A stretch of 64,000 nt of DNA from an uncultured delta proteobacterium (GTDB lineage: Bacteria > Desulfobacterota > Binatia > Binatales > Binataceae). The notes under the pieces were generated by a model, which was given only the letters and a program-made list of their open reading frames with translations, made no database searches and was not told where the DNA came from. Position 1 is the first letter of the stretch. Each line of letters opens with the position of its first letter. The stretch lies in NCBI GenBank assembly GCA_963842085.1, contig CAWJET010000002.1:992001-1056000 (forward strand). The letters are read 5' to 3'. A program made the translations under genes and the position numbers. Positions 19,362 through 29,751 of the stretch are shown one piece after another.

Positions 19362-21539
19362 CTACCGATTGCCCAGCGATAGCAAATCCGATCGGCGGTA
19401 GAGTTGGATTCCGCCTGAGTCGAAGATGCGCTCGTAGCCGGCGGGCGGAAACGCGAGCGGACCCGGAGGCGCAATTTCCTCGAGAATATATGGAGGGCGT
19501 TTGCTCAGCTCGTCGTCGAGATGTACTACTGCGCGCGCGCGGCTGCCGACAAGGAACATCGGCCACTCTGACTCGGGCGGCTGAAGTACTACCGGATCAT
19601 CGTCAATTCCGGTAAAGACCGAGAAACGGGCCCATCTCTCGGATGGACTGACATTACGCACGAGATGCAGGATGTGCGTGCTCGGCGTGATTCGCCCGGC
19701 GCGAACTTCTTCGAGCAGCAGCAGGTTCAGGCGTGACTCGACCGGGTCAAATGTCCAACGCGAGTCGGAGGTCCCGGTCCAATAGCCATTGCTGACGATG
19801 CTGAAATCAACCATCCAATTTTCGCCGATAGAATGCTCGTGCGTGTAGTAGTCGATTCCAGTCTTGCGTGGCGGCGCAAGGATTAGGCTGGCGAGCAGTA
19901 CGCTTGCCAGGAAAGCCTTGGGAACAAGCTCGCAGAGCAGCGCGATAAAGCGCGCGGCCGGAAACACCAGCACGAAAGGCATCCAGTAGTCGGCGATTTT
20001 CCGCGTTAACTCGAACGTTGCGAAGTTCATTGCCGGCGAAGAAGTGAGCGGAACATTCGTCAGTATTCGAATGATCGCAAATGGAGGCAGCAGCATCGCC
20101 GCGATCACGCAGATTCGACTCACGCCGCCGACCGATGGAGGAATTGAGATCAGGGCCAGAAGCCCCGCGACCGCAAGCATCCCCAACACCGGAAAATTTC
20201 CCGGCACTTCGCCAAATAGCGATCCGGAGCCCGTAATCGCATCGTACCCGATAGCGAGTGTCTCGACGAGAAGCAAAAGGCGCAAACAGGTGTTCACCCC
20301 CCGCGGCTCGGCGGCGCCTTTGCACGGAATCAACCGCGTTGCTCCGTAGATTACCAGCCCGGCACCGACGGCCTCGAACAAAACCAGAAGCGGCACCGGT
20401 ACGACGGTTGCGCTGGCAATGAAGAATTCGGGGGCGCCGAACAATACCGCGCCACTCAGGCATAAGACTCCGGCCTTGAAGCGGGGGACGTCGCGCGCGA
20501 GCAACCATGAGCCGGCCGCCACCAGCGCCACCCCAAGGGCCAGCGCGCCGTCAATCGCATGCGAGGGCAAAGCCGCCCCAAGCATAAGCGCGCCGGAAGC
20601 CATCAGGATTCGATTGCGGCGCGGATCGATAAACAATGCCAGCCCAAGCGCAGCCAATACGAAAGCGACCGCGGTGCCGCGCATTCCTTCGGCCCAGCGA
20701 AATATCGTCGTGAGAAACAGCAAGAGTGCGGCGGCTCCGCCGGCCGTGTCGTCGAACAGGGCTACGCCTAGGCGATAGGTCGCCAGGATGGTCAACGCCC
20801 CGATTGGAAAGATCAGAGTGCTTTCAGCCACGGCTGCTAGCCGCGTGAACGATCCCAGCCCTAGAAAAGCGTAGAAGAGCTCGAGCGCCGGCTGCTGAAC
20901 GTTCGGTCCCCAGATTCCGTAGGGATCATTATCGAACGGTAAGTACACCCCGAAGGTGAGCACGCGCTGCGCGGAGGCCGGCCACGACAACACATCCATG
21001 TACGGAGCGACGGGAGACGCAAGCTGAAGCGGAATGAGTGAAACCGCAGCCAGACCGATCGCGATCAGTGCGAGCCCAAGTCCGAAGCTGGGACGATCGA
21101 GTACTCGCCCCGGGCGGTCGCGCCACAGATAGATGGTCCCAGCAAGTCCCAAAACCCAAAGCAGCGATGCGCGAAATAATCCGATCGGCCCGAGCGCCGT
21201 CCCGAGGAAATAAGCCAGTACCCATACTCCGGCCGCTCCGATCAGCCCGCAATCCAATCGGCCAATCTTCGGATCGAGCTTGTGGACAACGATCGCGATC
21301 AGAACTGCCCACCATGCCCAGAATGCCCACACTCGTACGGCCGCTGCTCCGGTGACTGGCAGTAGTCGTACGATCGCTGACACCGCTGCGTCCAAGTCTC
21401 GCGGAAATGGAAAGTTACGAAGCTCGTAGATAGCAAGCGCCGAGAATACAAAGGCCGCGGCAGCTGCTACGACCAGGGGATCTCGGCTGACGCTCCGAAC
21501 ATCTGCATGGAAACGGCTAGACTGCACTCGCATCACCAT
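19362..21539 (-). CDS. Polytopic membrane protein, probable GT-C-fold glycosyltransferase (paralog 2)
   Basis: Many TM helices; loop motif PVAPYMDVLSWP...YLPFDNDPYG shared with the neighbouring paralog. Confidence 0.6.
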   Translation of the reverse strand: MVMRVQSSRFHADVRSVSRDPLVVAAAAAFVFSALAIYELRNFPFPRDLDAAVSAIVRLLPVTGAAAVRVWAFWAWWAVLIAIVVHKLDPKIGRLDCGLIGAAGVWVLAYFLGTALGPIGLFRASLLWVLGLAGTIYLWRDRPGRVLDRPSFGLGLALIAIGLAAVSLIPLQLASPVAPYMDVLSWPASAQRVLTFGVYLPFDNDPYGIWGPNVQQPALELFYAFLGLGSFTRLAAVAESTLIFPIGALTILATYRLGVALFDDTAGGAAALLLFLTTIFRWAEGMRGTAVAFVLAALGLALFIDPRRNRILMASGALMLGAALPSHAIDGALALGVALVAAGSWLLARDVPRFKAGVLCLSGAVLFGAPEFFIASATVVPVPLLVLFEAVGAGLVIYGATRLIPCKGAAEPRGVNTCLRLLLLVETLAIGYDAITGSGSLFGEVPGNFPVLGMLAVAGLLALISIPPSVGGVSRICVIAAMLLPPFAIIRILTNVPLTSSPAMNFATFELTRKIADYWMPFVLVFPAARFIALLCELVPKAFLASVLLASLILAPPRKTGIDYYTHEHSIGENWMVDFSIVSNGYWTGTSDSRWTFDPVESRLNLLLLEEVRAGRITPSTHILHLVRNVSPSERWARFSVFTGIDDDPVVLQPPESEWPMFLVGSRARAVVHLDDELSKRPPYILEEIAPPGPLAFPPAGYERIFDSGGIQLYRRSDLLSLGNR

Positions 21540-21540
21540 C

Positions 21541-23784
21541 TCAAGGCCGGCGCCGACGCATGACAATGATGATTCCGATGATCGAGGCGATAGCTAGCAG
21601 GTTATTATAGATGAAGTGAGAATGTGCAGGCGTCGCTGTGAGATCGTGGCGGCGATAGAGCCGGATATATCCACTGGTGAGGATCAAGTCGTAGCCGGCC
21701 GGCGGATCGCCGAGCGGGGGACGCGGCGGCACCTGCTCGAGAATATACGGCGGACGCGCCGCCAGCGCGGCCGGAAGATCCGGGAGCCCGCCTACGCGGC
21801 TTCCGCCCTCCCACAGATTGTTGGCATCGTGGTTATATTCGAGCGGATCGTCGTTGATTCCGGTCAGCACCGGGAACTGGACCAGCGACCACGACGAGAT
21901 GTCGTTGCAGATGTGCAGTATGTGCGTAGCGGTCGTAATACGGCCGGCGCGGATCTCTTCCTGCAGCTTGGCTATGAGTGGCATCTCCTCGTTGCCGAAT
22001 GTCCAGCGCCGATCGGAATGGCCAGACCAATAGCCATCGGCAGCGGTTTGCAGATTGAAGGCCCATTGCTCGGTTATCGAATGCTCGACCGAATCATAGT
22101 CGACGGGATCTTTAATCTGGTTCCACGGGTAGATCAGAACAGTCAGCAGCGCGAAGAACGTGGCCGGCTTCGACCAGCGGTCGTAGGCAACCGAGAAAAG
22201 AAATCCTGCCGGCAGCGTCAGGAAATAGGGGATCCAATAGTCCCAGAGCTTGATCCTCAAATCGGAGACCATCATGCCGGTCGTCGCGCTATGCGAGATC
22301 GGGCGCAGGATCGCATCCAGATATTCGCCGACGATTCCCAGCGAAAGCGCGACCACCACGATCGCCGCATAAGGCATCGCGGATGCCCCCTCGCCGTAAA
22401 TAGTTCCGGCCGCCCCGACCAGCCCCGCGAAGCAGAACAGCGTGAGCATCGGCAGGTTTCCCGCGACCTGAGCATAGAGCGAGTAGGGCTCGACCGCATG
22501 CCGATAGAGCACCGCCAGGATGAACACGGCGATCAGCGCCACATTGAGGCCGCGCAGCCGTGCGCGATCGCGAGTCGGTGAATCGTCGCGGAGCCGATTG
22601 ACGCCCGCGACGATCAGAACAACGCCCGCGATCAGGCATAGCGGCAGAATCGGGTACCGAAGCGGCCGAGCCATGCCGATCGCAAATTCGGGCAGAGCCA
22701 TCAGAGTCGCCCCCGCCAGACTCATCATTCCGGCCTCGACGCGCTGGAAATCGCCTTCCAGGATCCAGAAGAGCAGCGCGGCCGACGCCGCCACCATCGC
22801 GAAGCCGCCGTCGATCGCGTGCGCGGCAACCGCGGTCCCGAGCATCGCGGCTCCCAGCGCCATCAACAGGCGCCGCCGTCCCGGATCGAGAAAGAAGGCG
22901 AGCCCCAGTCCGAGCAATGCGAAATCGATCGCCGTCCCGCGCATCCCCTGCGCGCGCCGCAGGAGGCAGGTCGAAAAGATAAACAGCGCGGCGACTCCGC
23001 CAGCGGTGTCGTTGAAAAGTGTCTTGCCGAGCCGGTAGGTCGCGAAGAATAGCAGCCCACTCATTGGGACCATCGCGGCGGTCTCGGCCAGAGTCGCGAA
23101 GCGGGCGTGACTTCCCAGCGCGAGTAGCGCGTAAAACAGTTCGAGCGCAGGCGTCTGCGCGTACGGCCCCCAGCATCCGTATGGATCGTTGTCAAACGGC
23201 AGATAGACGTGAAAGGTAAGGATGCGCTGCGCCGATGACGGATACGAAAGCACGTCCATGAACGGCGGTACCGGCGAGCCAAGTTGCAGCGGCAAGTACG
23301 ATATGGCAAGCAACGCGGTCGCGAGTGCCGCCAGCTTCTGGCCCGAGGTCCACGCTCCAAGCTTTATTGTCGGCGGACTCCGCCACAGGTACGCGCTGCC
23401 GAGCGCAAGCAATCCCCACACCGTAGGCGTGTTGTACAGGCCGATCGGACCGAGCAAGTTGCCAAGTAGGTAGGCGAGAACCCAAAGCCCGCCCGCTCCG
23501 GCCAGCAGTGCGTCGGAAAACTCCAGCTCACTGTCAAGCTTGAGCGCAAATCCAGCCAGTATCGCCGCACTCCACGCCCAGAAAATCCAGACTTTGAGAG
23601 CGGCCCATGCGGTGACCGGAAGGACCGCGCGTATACCTGCATATGCGGCGCTCCAACTCAGATGGTAGGGAAAATCGCGCAGGCGATGGATCGCCAGCAA
23701 GGTCACGATCGCAAGGCCGAGCCAGACCGCGATCCATTGGCGACGGTCGCCGCGTTCGCCTAGTTTTGCGCTTCCTTCCGCCAA
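21541..23784 (-). CDS. Polytopic membrane protein, probable GT-C-fold glycosyltransferase (paralog 1)
   Basis: Many TM helices; PVPPFMDVLSYP...YLPFDNDPYG; colinear with 19362-21539. Confidence 0.6.
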   Translation of the reverse strand: MAEGSAKLGERGDRRQWIAVWLGLAIVTLLAIHRLRDFPYHLSWSAAYAGIRAVLPVTAWAALKVWIFWAWSAAILAGFALKLDSELEFSDALLAGAGGLWVLAYLLGNLLGPIGLYNTPTVWGLLALGSAYLWRSPPTIKLGAWTSGQKLAALATALLAISYLPLQLGSPVPPFMDVLSYPSSAQRILTFHVYLPFDNDPYGCWGPYAQTPALELFYALLALGSHARFATLAETAAMVPMSGLLFFATYRLGKTLFNDTAGGVAALFIFSTCLLRRAQGMRGTAIDFALLGLGLAFFLDPGRRRLLMALGAAMLGTAVAAHAIDGGFAMVAASAALLFWILEGDFQRVEAGMMSLAGATLMALPEFAIGMARPLRYPILPLCLIAGVVLIVAGVNRLRDDSPTRDRARLRGLNVALIAVFILAVLYRHAVEPYSLYAQVAGNLPMLTLFCFAGLVGAAGTIYGEGASAMPYAAIVVVALSLGIVGEYLDAILRPISHSATTGMMVSDLRIKLWDYWIPYFLTLPAGFLFSVAYDRWSKPATFFALLTVLIYPWNQIKDPVDYDSVEHSITEQWAFNLQTAADGYWSGHSDRRWTFGNEEMPLIAKLQEEIRAGRITTATHILHICNDISSWSLVQFPVLTGINDDPLEYNHDANNLWEGGSRVGGLPDLPAALAARPPYILEQVPPRPPLGDPPAGYDLILTSGYIRLYRRHDLTATPAHSHFIYNNLLAIASIIGIIIVMRRRRP

Positions 23785-25736
23785 ATCAGGATCAACGCCG
23801 CCAGCGCGGCAATTGTGAGTCCGAATGCTAACAGGATGCGCTCGGGCGCGTACACCAGCTCGATTTGCTGGCGACCCAGCGGGAGGCGGACCGCGATCAG
23901 TCCGTTTTCGGCGTAGAGTTGGCCTGCGCCACTAGCAGGTTGCGGAAAAACTCAATGAAAGACGATTTCGGCGAAGAGTAAGCATTACTACGATCACGAG
24001 AATGCGTCTTGGATCAATGTCATCAGGAGTCAAAAACCCTTTTTCCGCAACCTGCTAGTCAGGCGCCATCCCGGATAATAGTTCTGGTTCACAACCAACG
24101 AGGTCGCCGCCTGAACGTTGACCTCATACCGGAGACGATTTGGTGTCCACAGCGTTTGGCTGACCGTACCCGCGTCCAGCAGGTAGTACTCACCTCGATA
24201 CCCAGGCTGATTGTATCCAAGTGGATTTTCCGGAATGTCGCAGTATCCGTATCCCTGGCAATTCACCGATCCCATATTGGCTTGCGAAATTTCAGTCTGG
24301 ATGCCGGGGTTTCCCACCCAGTACTGACGGAAGTCGGGCGAGTAGGCGACTTGGCGGATGTCGCCCTGAAACAGATATCGAAGATTGGGAGCGCCGACCA
24401 GCCAATTATCGACGATGCCGATAGTAATCAACACTACAGCGGTCCGGCGGCCCCACGATCCGAACCTCGAACATAGGAAATCAGTTCCGTGAGCGGCGAC
24501 CACTCCGGCGCAGAATACGAACGGAATAAGGTATCGTCCCGTGAGCCCAGCGCTCTGCGAAAGCGGCAGATGGCGCAACAGCAGCACTGCGGAGTGGTCG
24601 CCCGTGAAACCCCGCGTGAAGGACAGGAATATAAAGGCGGGCAGCACCCACGGCAGCGTTCTAAGTGGACGGCTGAAGAGACCGACGACCGCTAGCGCGG
24701 CGAAGGCGATCGAAATGTACGCACCATATTCGGCAAATAGAAATTCCGCCCCGCTGGGTCGGTAAAGGTCCTGGTGGCGCGAAAAAAGGAAGCCCGAAAT
24801 CATTCGTGCGGAAATGAATTCCAGCCCGAACGGGTGCTTTGGATAGATCGTGAGCTGCTGCGCCATCGGCAGCAGTTTCAACGCGCCGAATCCGAGACCA
24901 AACAATCCGATGACCAGTCCATAGATGAGCGGCCAGACGCTTCGATTGAGCAGCGTGAGCATCAACGCGACCGACCCGATAATGATCGCACTATACAGAA
25001 ACGTGTAGTTCCCTTCGGTCAGCGTCAACGCGCAAATGAAACCGCCCATCGCGGCAGGAAGAAATTTCCGGCGCTCAATCGAAATCAGCAGCAGCGCGCC
25101 GATCCATGGAAAGTATAACGCACGAAGGAAATTAAGATGACCGACGGAGAGATGAAGGTAGATCCACGAACTCGCGGGAAAAACCGCCGCACTGACTATT
25201 GCCGCGACCCGCCCCAGTCCCAGCTCGCGCCCGAGCACATAGCCACCGGCGAATCCAATCGCGAGGTGGCCGACAATCTCGATGTACAATCCCGCATACT
25301 GGCCGAATAGCAGGTACGGGAGCAAAGACGGGCTGACCACCATTGACTCGGGATTGCTCAACATCCCCATTCCGCCGCACTTGTATGGATTCCAGAACGG
25401 CAATTGATGGAAGTGAGTAATGGTGTAGTACGGAACCCATCGAAGTTGCGTAAACAGATCCCAGTCGCCGTTGGCGGGAAAGCGGCCGAGATGACTGAAT
25501 AACGGCCCCGTCGCTATCCACCCGGAAACCCCAGGTCCCAGGTACACCACCTCACACAACATCGGGTACGAGAACACGATCGAAAATGTGAGCGAGCCGA
25601 CGACCAGCCACGCGGCTTCGCGCCGGGTCATCGACTGAAACCATCCGTTCCTAGTGCGAACCAAAGCCTCCGCCGCAGTCATTCGGAACATATCTACGCA
25701 AATCACTGAAAGAATTAGATGTCGCGCAATAGTCAT
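23760..25736 (-). pseudogene. YfhO-like (GT-C) membrane protein interrupted near its 3' end by a MITE
   Basis: LPFWNPY..GG, NQNYYPGW motifs; removing the insert plus one CTAG restores ...PGWRLTSGAGQLYAENGLIAVRLPLGRQQIELVYAPERILLAFGLTIAALAALILIWRKEAQN*. Confidence 0.8.
23936..24054. mobile_element. 119-bp MITE with 15-bp terminal inverted repeats and CTAG target duplication (IS5/IS1182-like ends)
   Basis: CTAG|CAGGTTGCGGAAAAA ... TTTTTCCGCAACCTG|CTAG (CTAG at 23932-23935 and 24055-24058); no transposase. Confidence 0.9.
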
Positions 25737-25840
25737 GCGCGATGCGGGCAGGCATGATCAGAAGCGGTCGCTCCGATCTCAACGGCGACCGATGCCCCGG
25801 TGCCTTTATTGCCGATGGGCTGTTCGCGAGCGCGCCCATT

Positions 25841-26653
25841 CTACTCTTTAGGCGGTTGCGTACTTGCGAACGGGCCGAGTTTCAGGAACGTAACTCCGCC
25901 GCTGTACGTGCCAGTGTTCGAGTTCCCACTGCTATCGTCTGCACTCGGGCCGTTCTCTTCGTCTAGTTCGTAAAACGCCAGCGGCTTGTCGGCTAGTACT
26001 GCTGAGTCGTACGCAGCGTCGGAAGCGGCGGCAGCGTGTGCTTTTATCCTCTCCGCACTGAGGGCTGAGTTATAGACCGCTACTTTCGCGAGCGTGGCGT
26101 TGCTCCATCTGTCACCGCCTAAATCTCGGCCGATCGCCGCACTATCAGTTGGAGCGTGAGGTGTACCCGATGAGGTCGCGGCGTAAGGAGCGCCATCAAT
26201 GTAGAACGAGGGAGCCGACCCTGCCGCGCCGATTACGAACGCAATATGATGCCAAGCGCCCGCAGAGAGCGTGGGATCGCCGGCTGGATAGAACCACGCA
26301 GAGTTTTCGTATAGGCCGATCACGGCGTTGCCCGTGTTCGAAGCATCAAAGCTGGTATGACTCGCCCCCAGGCCGATTCCGTAACCTGTGTTGGCGTCTC
26401 CAATCTTCACAAAGCAACCCTTTGCGCCGGTCGGAAGTTTAGCCCAGGCCTCCAGAGTTACATTCGCGGCCGCCGTAGTTACGACGGGTATCGAGACTTC
26501 ACCTGTCGCTCCGTCGAATGAAACCGCCATCCCTGTGACTGCTCGACCACTACCACTGCATCCTGTCGTCAGCACTATCACACCGAAACGTCCGGCAACG
26601 ATTGCGAGACCCAAGGCGAACGAGACAAAGTGGCGCGAAAGGTATTTCCTCAT
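25841..26653 (-). CDS. Exported LamG/ConA-like domain protein
   Basis: AVSFDG, TLEAW, WHHIA, FYIDG, VAVYNSALS motifs; signal peptide with TTGC. Confidence 0.8.
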   Translation of the reverse strand: MRKYLSRHFVSFALGLAIVAGRFGVIVLTTGCSGSGRAVTGMAVSFDGATGEVSIPVVTTAAANVTLEAWAKLPTGAKGCFVKIGDANTGYGIGLGASHTSFDASNTGNAVIGLYENSAWFYPAGDPTLSAGAWHHIAFVIGAAGSAPSFYIDGAPYAATSSGTPHAPTDSAAIGRDLGGDRWSNATLAKVAVYNSALSAERIKAHAAAASDAAYDSAVLADKPLAFYELDEENGPSADDSSGNSNTGTYSGGVTFLKLGPFASTQPPKE

Positions 26654-26749
26654 GAGACCTATGCTGTGCGCACCGGGTAGGCTGCCGCTATCAACGCACG
26701 CTTGGTCATGTCCTTCCTTCCACGAATCCTTTCCCGGCGCGGCCCTTGG

Positions 26750-27571
26750 CTATGCTTTCTTCGCGAATGGACGATCGCGCTCCGTGAGCGCGCCCTTGAG
26801 ACCCTTTTCGCGGCTCGCCTTCATCCAGTTCTTCACCGTGTCCGTCTGATGCGCGATCACGTCGATGTCCGCCGCCGACTGCTCGGCCGCGCGAATCCCG
26901 AGGATATCGAGATAGCGATTCACCGCCGCCTTGTGCAGCATCAGCAGCTCGGCCGGCACCATCGCGACGCGGCGCGCATAGTTCATCGTTTCTTGCTCGA
27001 GCTTGTCCTTGGGGAAAACGCGATTGACCAGGTGCCATTCGAGCGCTTCTTTCGCCGACATGTAGTCACCGGTGAAAAAGTACTCTTTCGTTTTGCGCGG
27101 ACCCATCAGCACCGGCCACATCGACATCGTCGGCAGGATCCCGAGCGAGCGGCCCGCCGGATGCCCGAACTGCGCGTCCTCGCTGGCGAACACGATATCG
27201 CAGTGCCCGACGAACTCCGTGCCGCCCGCCAGGCAGTAGCCGTGCACCTGCGCGATCGTCGGTTTGTTGATCGACCACAGCCGCTGCCATCGCTCGATCG
27301 TCTTGTGCAGGCCCATCCGGTCGTTGGTGACGGTGAAGGTCGAGCCGGGATGCTGCGTGCCCTGCAAGTCGTAGCCGGCCGAGAACGCGCGCCCGGCGCC
27401 GCGAATTATCAGCACGCTGGCGTCGGCATTCGACTCGAACTCGTCCATCACCGAGTCGAGTTCCTTGAGCAGCTTTTGCGACAGCGCGTTGAGCTTCTCC
27501 GGCCGGTTGAGCGTCAGCCGGTAGATTTTGTCCTCGGCCTTTTCGTAAATGACGGTTTCGTAGTTCGCCAT
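26750..27571 (-). CDS. Enoyl-CoA hydratase/isomerase family protein
   Basis: LNRPEKLNAL, AFSAGYDL, KPTIAQVHGYCLAGG. Confidence 0.93.
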   Translation of the reverse strand: MANYETVIYEKAEDKIYRLTLNRPEKLNALSQKLLKELDSVMDEFESNADASVLIIRGAGRAFSAGYDLQGTQHPGSTFTVTNDRMGLHKTIERWQRLWSINKPTIAQVHGYCLAGGTEFVGHCDIVFASEDAQFGHPAGRSLGILPTMSMWPVLMGPRKTKEYFFTGDYMSAKEALEWHLVNRVFPKDKLEQETMNYARRVAMVPAELLMLHKAAVNRYLDILGIRAAEQSAADIDVIAHQTDTVKNWMKASREKGLKGALTERDRPFAKKA

Positions 27572-27586
27572 ATGAGCCTCCGGCGC

Positions 27587-28414
27587 TTACTTCACCGCGG
27601 CCAGGAAGTCGCCCGCCACGCGCACGGTTTCCTCCGGCGCCTCCCAGAAAAACATGTGGCCCGCGGCCTTGAGCGTATGCATTTTCGAACCCGCGATCGC
27701 GCCGTGCAAAACCTCCGCGTTCGGATACGGCACGATCGCATCGTCGTCGCCGTGAATAATAAGTGTCGGCGACTTGATTTGTCCAAGCCGCGCGAAGCTG
27801 TCGAATCCGGCAATTGCCTGTCCCTGGCGCATAAACGTATGCATCGGCGTCATCGGGTAGTTGCCCATCTCCGCGAGCGCCTGCGTCAGCGTCGCCTGGC
27901 CCGCCGCCGAATTCAGAAACGTCTTTCCGCACGCCACCGAAAATGCGCGCCGCGCCTGCTCGAGCAGATCCATCCCCGGCACCGGCAGCAGGTTGGCAAT
28001 CGCCGCCGGATCGGCCGCAATCGAATGACTCGCGCCGCAGTTGGTGCATCCGAGCACCAGCCCGCGCGTGCGCGACGGATACGCCAGCGCGAATTCCTGC
28101 GCGATCATCCCGCCCATCGAGACTCCGAAAACATGCGCGCGCGGCGTCTGCGCACGATCCAGCACCGCCGCGATATCCGCCGCCATGTCGCCGAGCGTGA
28201 ACTCGGTGTCGGGCTTGTCGCTCTCGCCCGTGCCGCGATTGTCGATAACGAAAACTTTGAAGCGCGCTTCCATCAGTTTCAAAAACGCCTCGCCCCATCC
28301 GCGGCTCGAGCCGCTGAATCCCATGATAAGCGCGACCGGCTCGCCCTGCCCTCTCACCTCGTAGCGAAGCTTGAGGCCGTCTCTTGTCTCAGCAAAATCG
28401 CGAACTGCTGCCAC
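27587..28414 (-). CDS. Alpha/beta hydrolase
   Basis: DNRGTGES, GVSMGG nucleophile elbow, HGDDD, AGH. Confidence 0.92.
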   Translation of the reverse strand: MAAVRDFAETRDGLKLRYEVRGQGEPVALIMGFSGSSRGWGEAFLKLMEARFKVFVIDNRGTGESDKPDTEFTLGDMAADIAAVLDRAQTPRAHVFGVSMGGMIAQEFALAYPSRTRGLVLGCTNCGASHSIAADPAAIANLLPVPGMDLLEQARRAFSVACGKTFLNSAAGQATLTQALAEMGNYPMTPMHTFMRQGQAIAGFDSFARLGQIKSPTLIIHGDDDAIVPYPNAEVLHGAIAGSKMHTLKAAGHMFFWEAPEETVRVAGDFLAAVK

Positions 28415-28474
28415 GTCGGAAATCTCCTCTTCCTCGAATACCAGCGATGAATACTAACTACAGACGGGCAAGGT

Positions 28475-29212
28475 TCAAGCGGCGGCGCTGTCAACCGCGG
28501 CGTCGGCGAGGAGCGACCCGAGGATTCGATACACCTCGCGATTGACGATCAGGCTGGCGTGCAGTCCGGAGACTTCGAAATTGGCGCCGGCGTCGTCGAT
28601 GCATGCTTGCCATTGCACGACCTCGTCGCGGCGCGTGTAGATCGCGCTGAAACGGCTCTGCTTCGGAGTCGGCGCGAACACCGCGTCGGCGATTCCGCAT
28701 GAGCACTCCATCGTGCCGCAGTTCTCTGGTGCACTGGAAAATGTCTGCCAGAAAGCCTGGATCGCCTGCAGTGCGGGACGGACCTGATCGTGCACTCCCG
28801 TCCATCCGTTGCGAATCGGCGAGCCAAGCGCCACCACCTGGCTCACGATTGCGGGGTTTGCCGTCGCGATTGCGCGGCCGAGCACGCCGCCCAGGCTGTG
28901 TCCGATGATTGTCACGCGCTGGCCGGATTCGCGCGCGATCTTTTCCACCCGCCATCCCACCAGTTCCATCTTGCGCCGCGGGCATCCGACGTTGAGATCG
29001 ATTCCCGACAGGTACGCCCGGTATCCCACGCGCCCGAGCCATCGCGCCAGCGTGCCGAGCGACCAATCGCCCGCGGTGAATCCGGGAATCAGCAGGACGG
29101 GCCGCCCGTCGCCCGGCGGCACTCCCACGCCGTAGCCGACCGGGTCGCGCACCAGCGAAGCGAACTGCCGCAGGAAGTCGAAGTAGGCGGAGGCGGTAAG
29201 TTGCAGCAGCAT
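28475..29212 (-). CDS. Lipase/esterase-like alpha/beta hydrolase
   Basis: PVLLIPGF, GHSLGG, LGSP; start placed at MLLQL (29212). Confidence 0.85.
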   Translation of the reverse strand: MLLQLTASAYFDFLRQFASLVRDPVGYGVGVPPGDGRPVLLIPGFTAGDWSLGTLARWLGRVGYRAYLSGIDLNVGCPRRKMELVGWRVEKIARESGQRVTIIGHSLGGVLGRAIATANPAIVSQVVALGSPIRNGWTGVHDQVRPALQAIQAFWQTFSSAPENCGTMECSCGIADAVFAPTPKQSRFSAIYTRRDEVVQWQACIDDAGANFEVSGLHASLIVNREVYRILGSLLADAAVDSAAA

Positions 29213-29614
29213 ACTGATTACGCGTTGGCGCGACACTGCCACGAAACGCGGTAACAGTAAAGTCAGGCGCGCGTAATGGATGTGGAAAAGTGCGCTGAAC
29301 TCCTGAGTAATTCCGCTTCGTTCGGCGAAGCGGAAACAAACATTGTTTTTGAACTGAGTTTGGGATGAACGGCTGCTTTTGTTGACTTTCTCCGCCAATT
29401 CTTCCGTCGGCTTCAAATTGTCGGAAGGCGCGAATGAAAATAAGCATTGGGAGAGTGAGAGGATCGGAAGATTGCGATGCGGGGGCGAGGTCGCAACGGG
29501 CGAGAAATGCCGGGTGCGCGTTGGCGGGACTCAGGTGCTGTGAGGTGAGTGAGTGGAAGGGAGTGGTCCGGGAAGTCATATTAAGGATTATAGCATAGCG
29601 GTATGACAACCGTT

Positions 29615-29639
29615 GGCAGGGGTGACCCCTGCACCCAGT
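29615..29639 (-). repeat. Family A repeat, copy 3
   Basis: Exact reverse complement of 33805-33829 (ACTGGGTGCAGGGGTCACCCCTGCC). Confidence 0.85.
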
Positions 29640-29751
29640 GATTTTGGGGTGTGCGCTGGTACCGCGCTCCTTCGTCGCGCTGTGGTCTCGCTGCGATGTC
29701 GAGACCTCGATGAACAGCCGGTGTATAACTACTGTGACTGAGGTGCACCGG

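Noticed and set aside
26702-28450. 582-aa plus-strand ORF
   Set aside because: Shadow spanning two well-supported minus-strand genes
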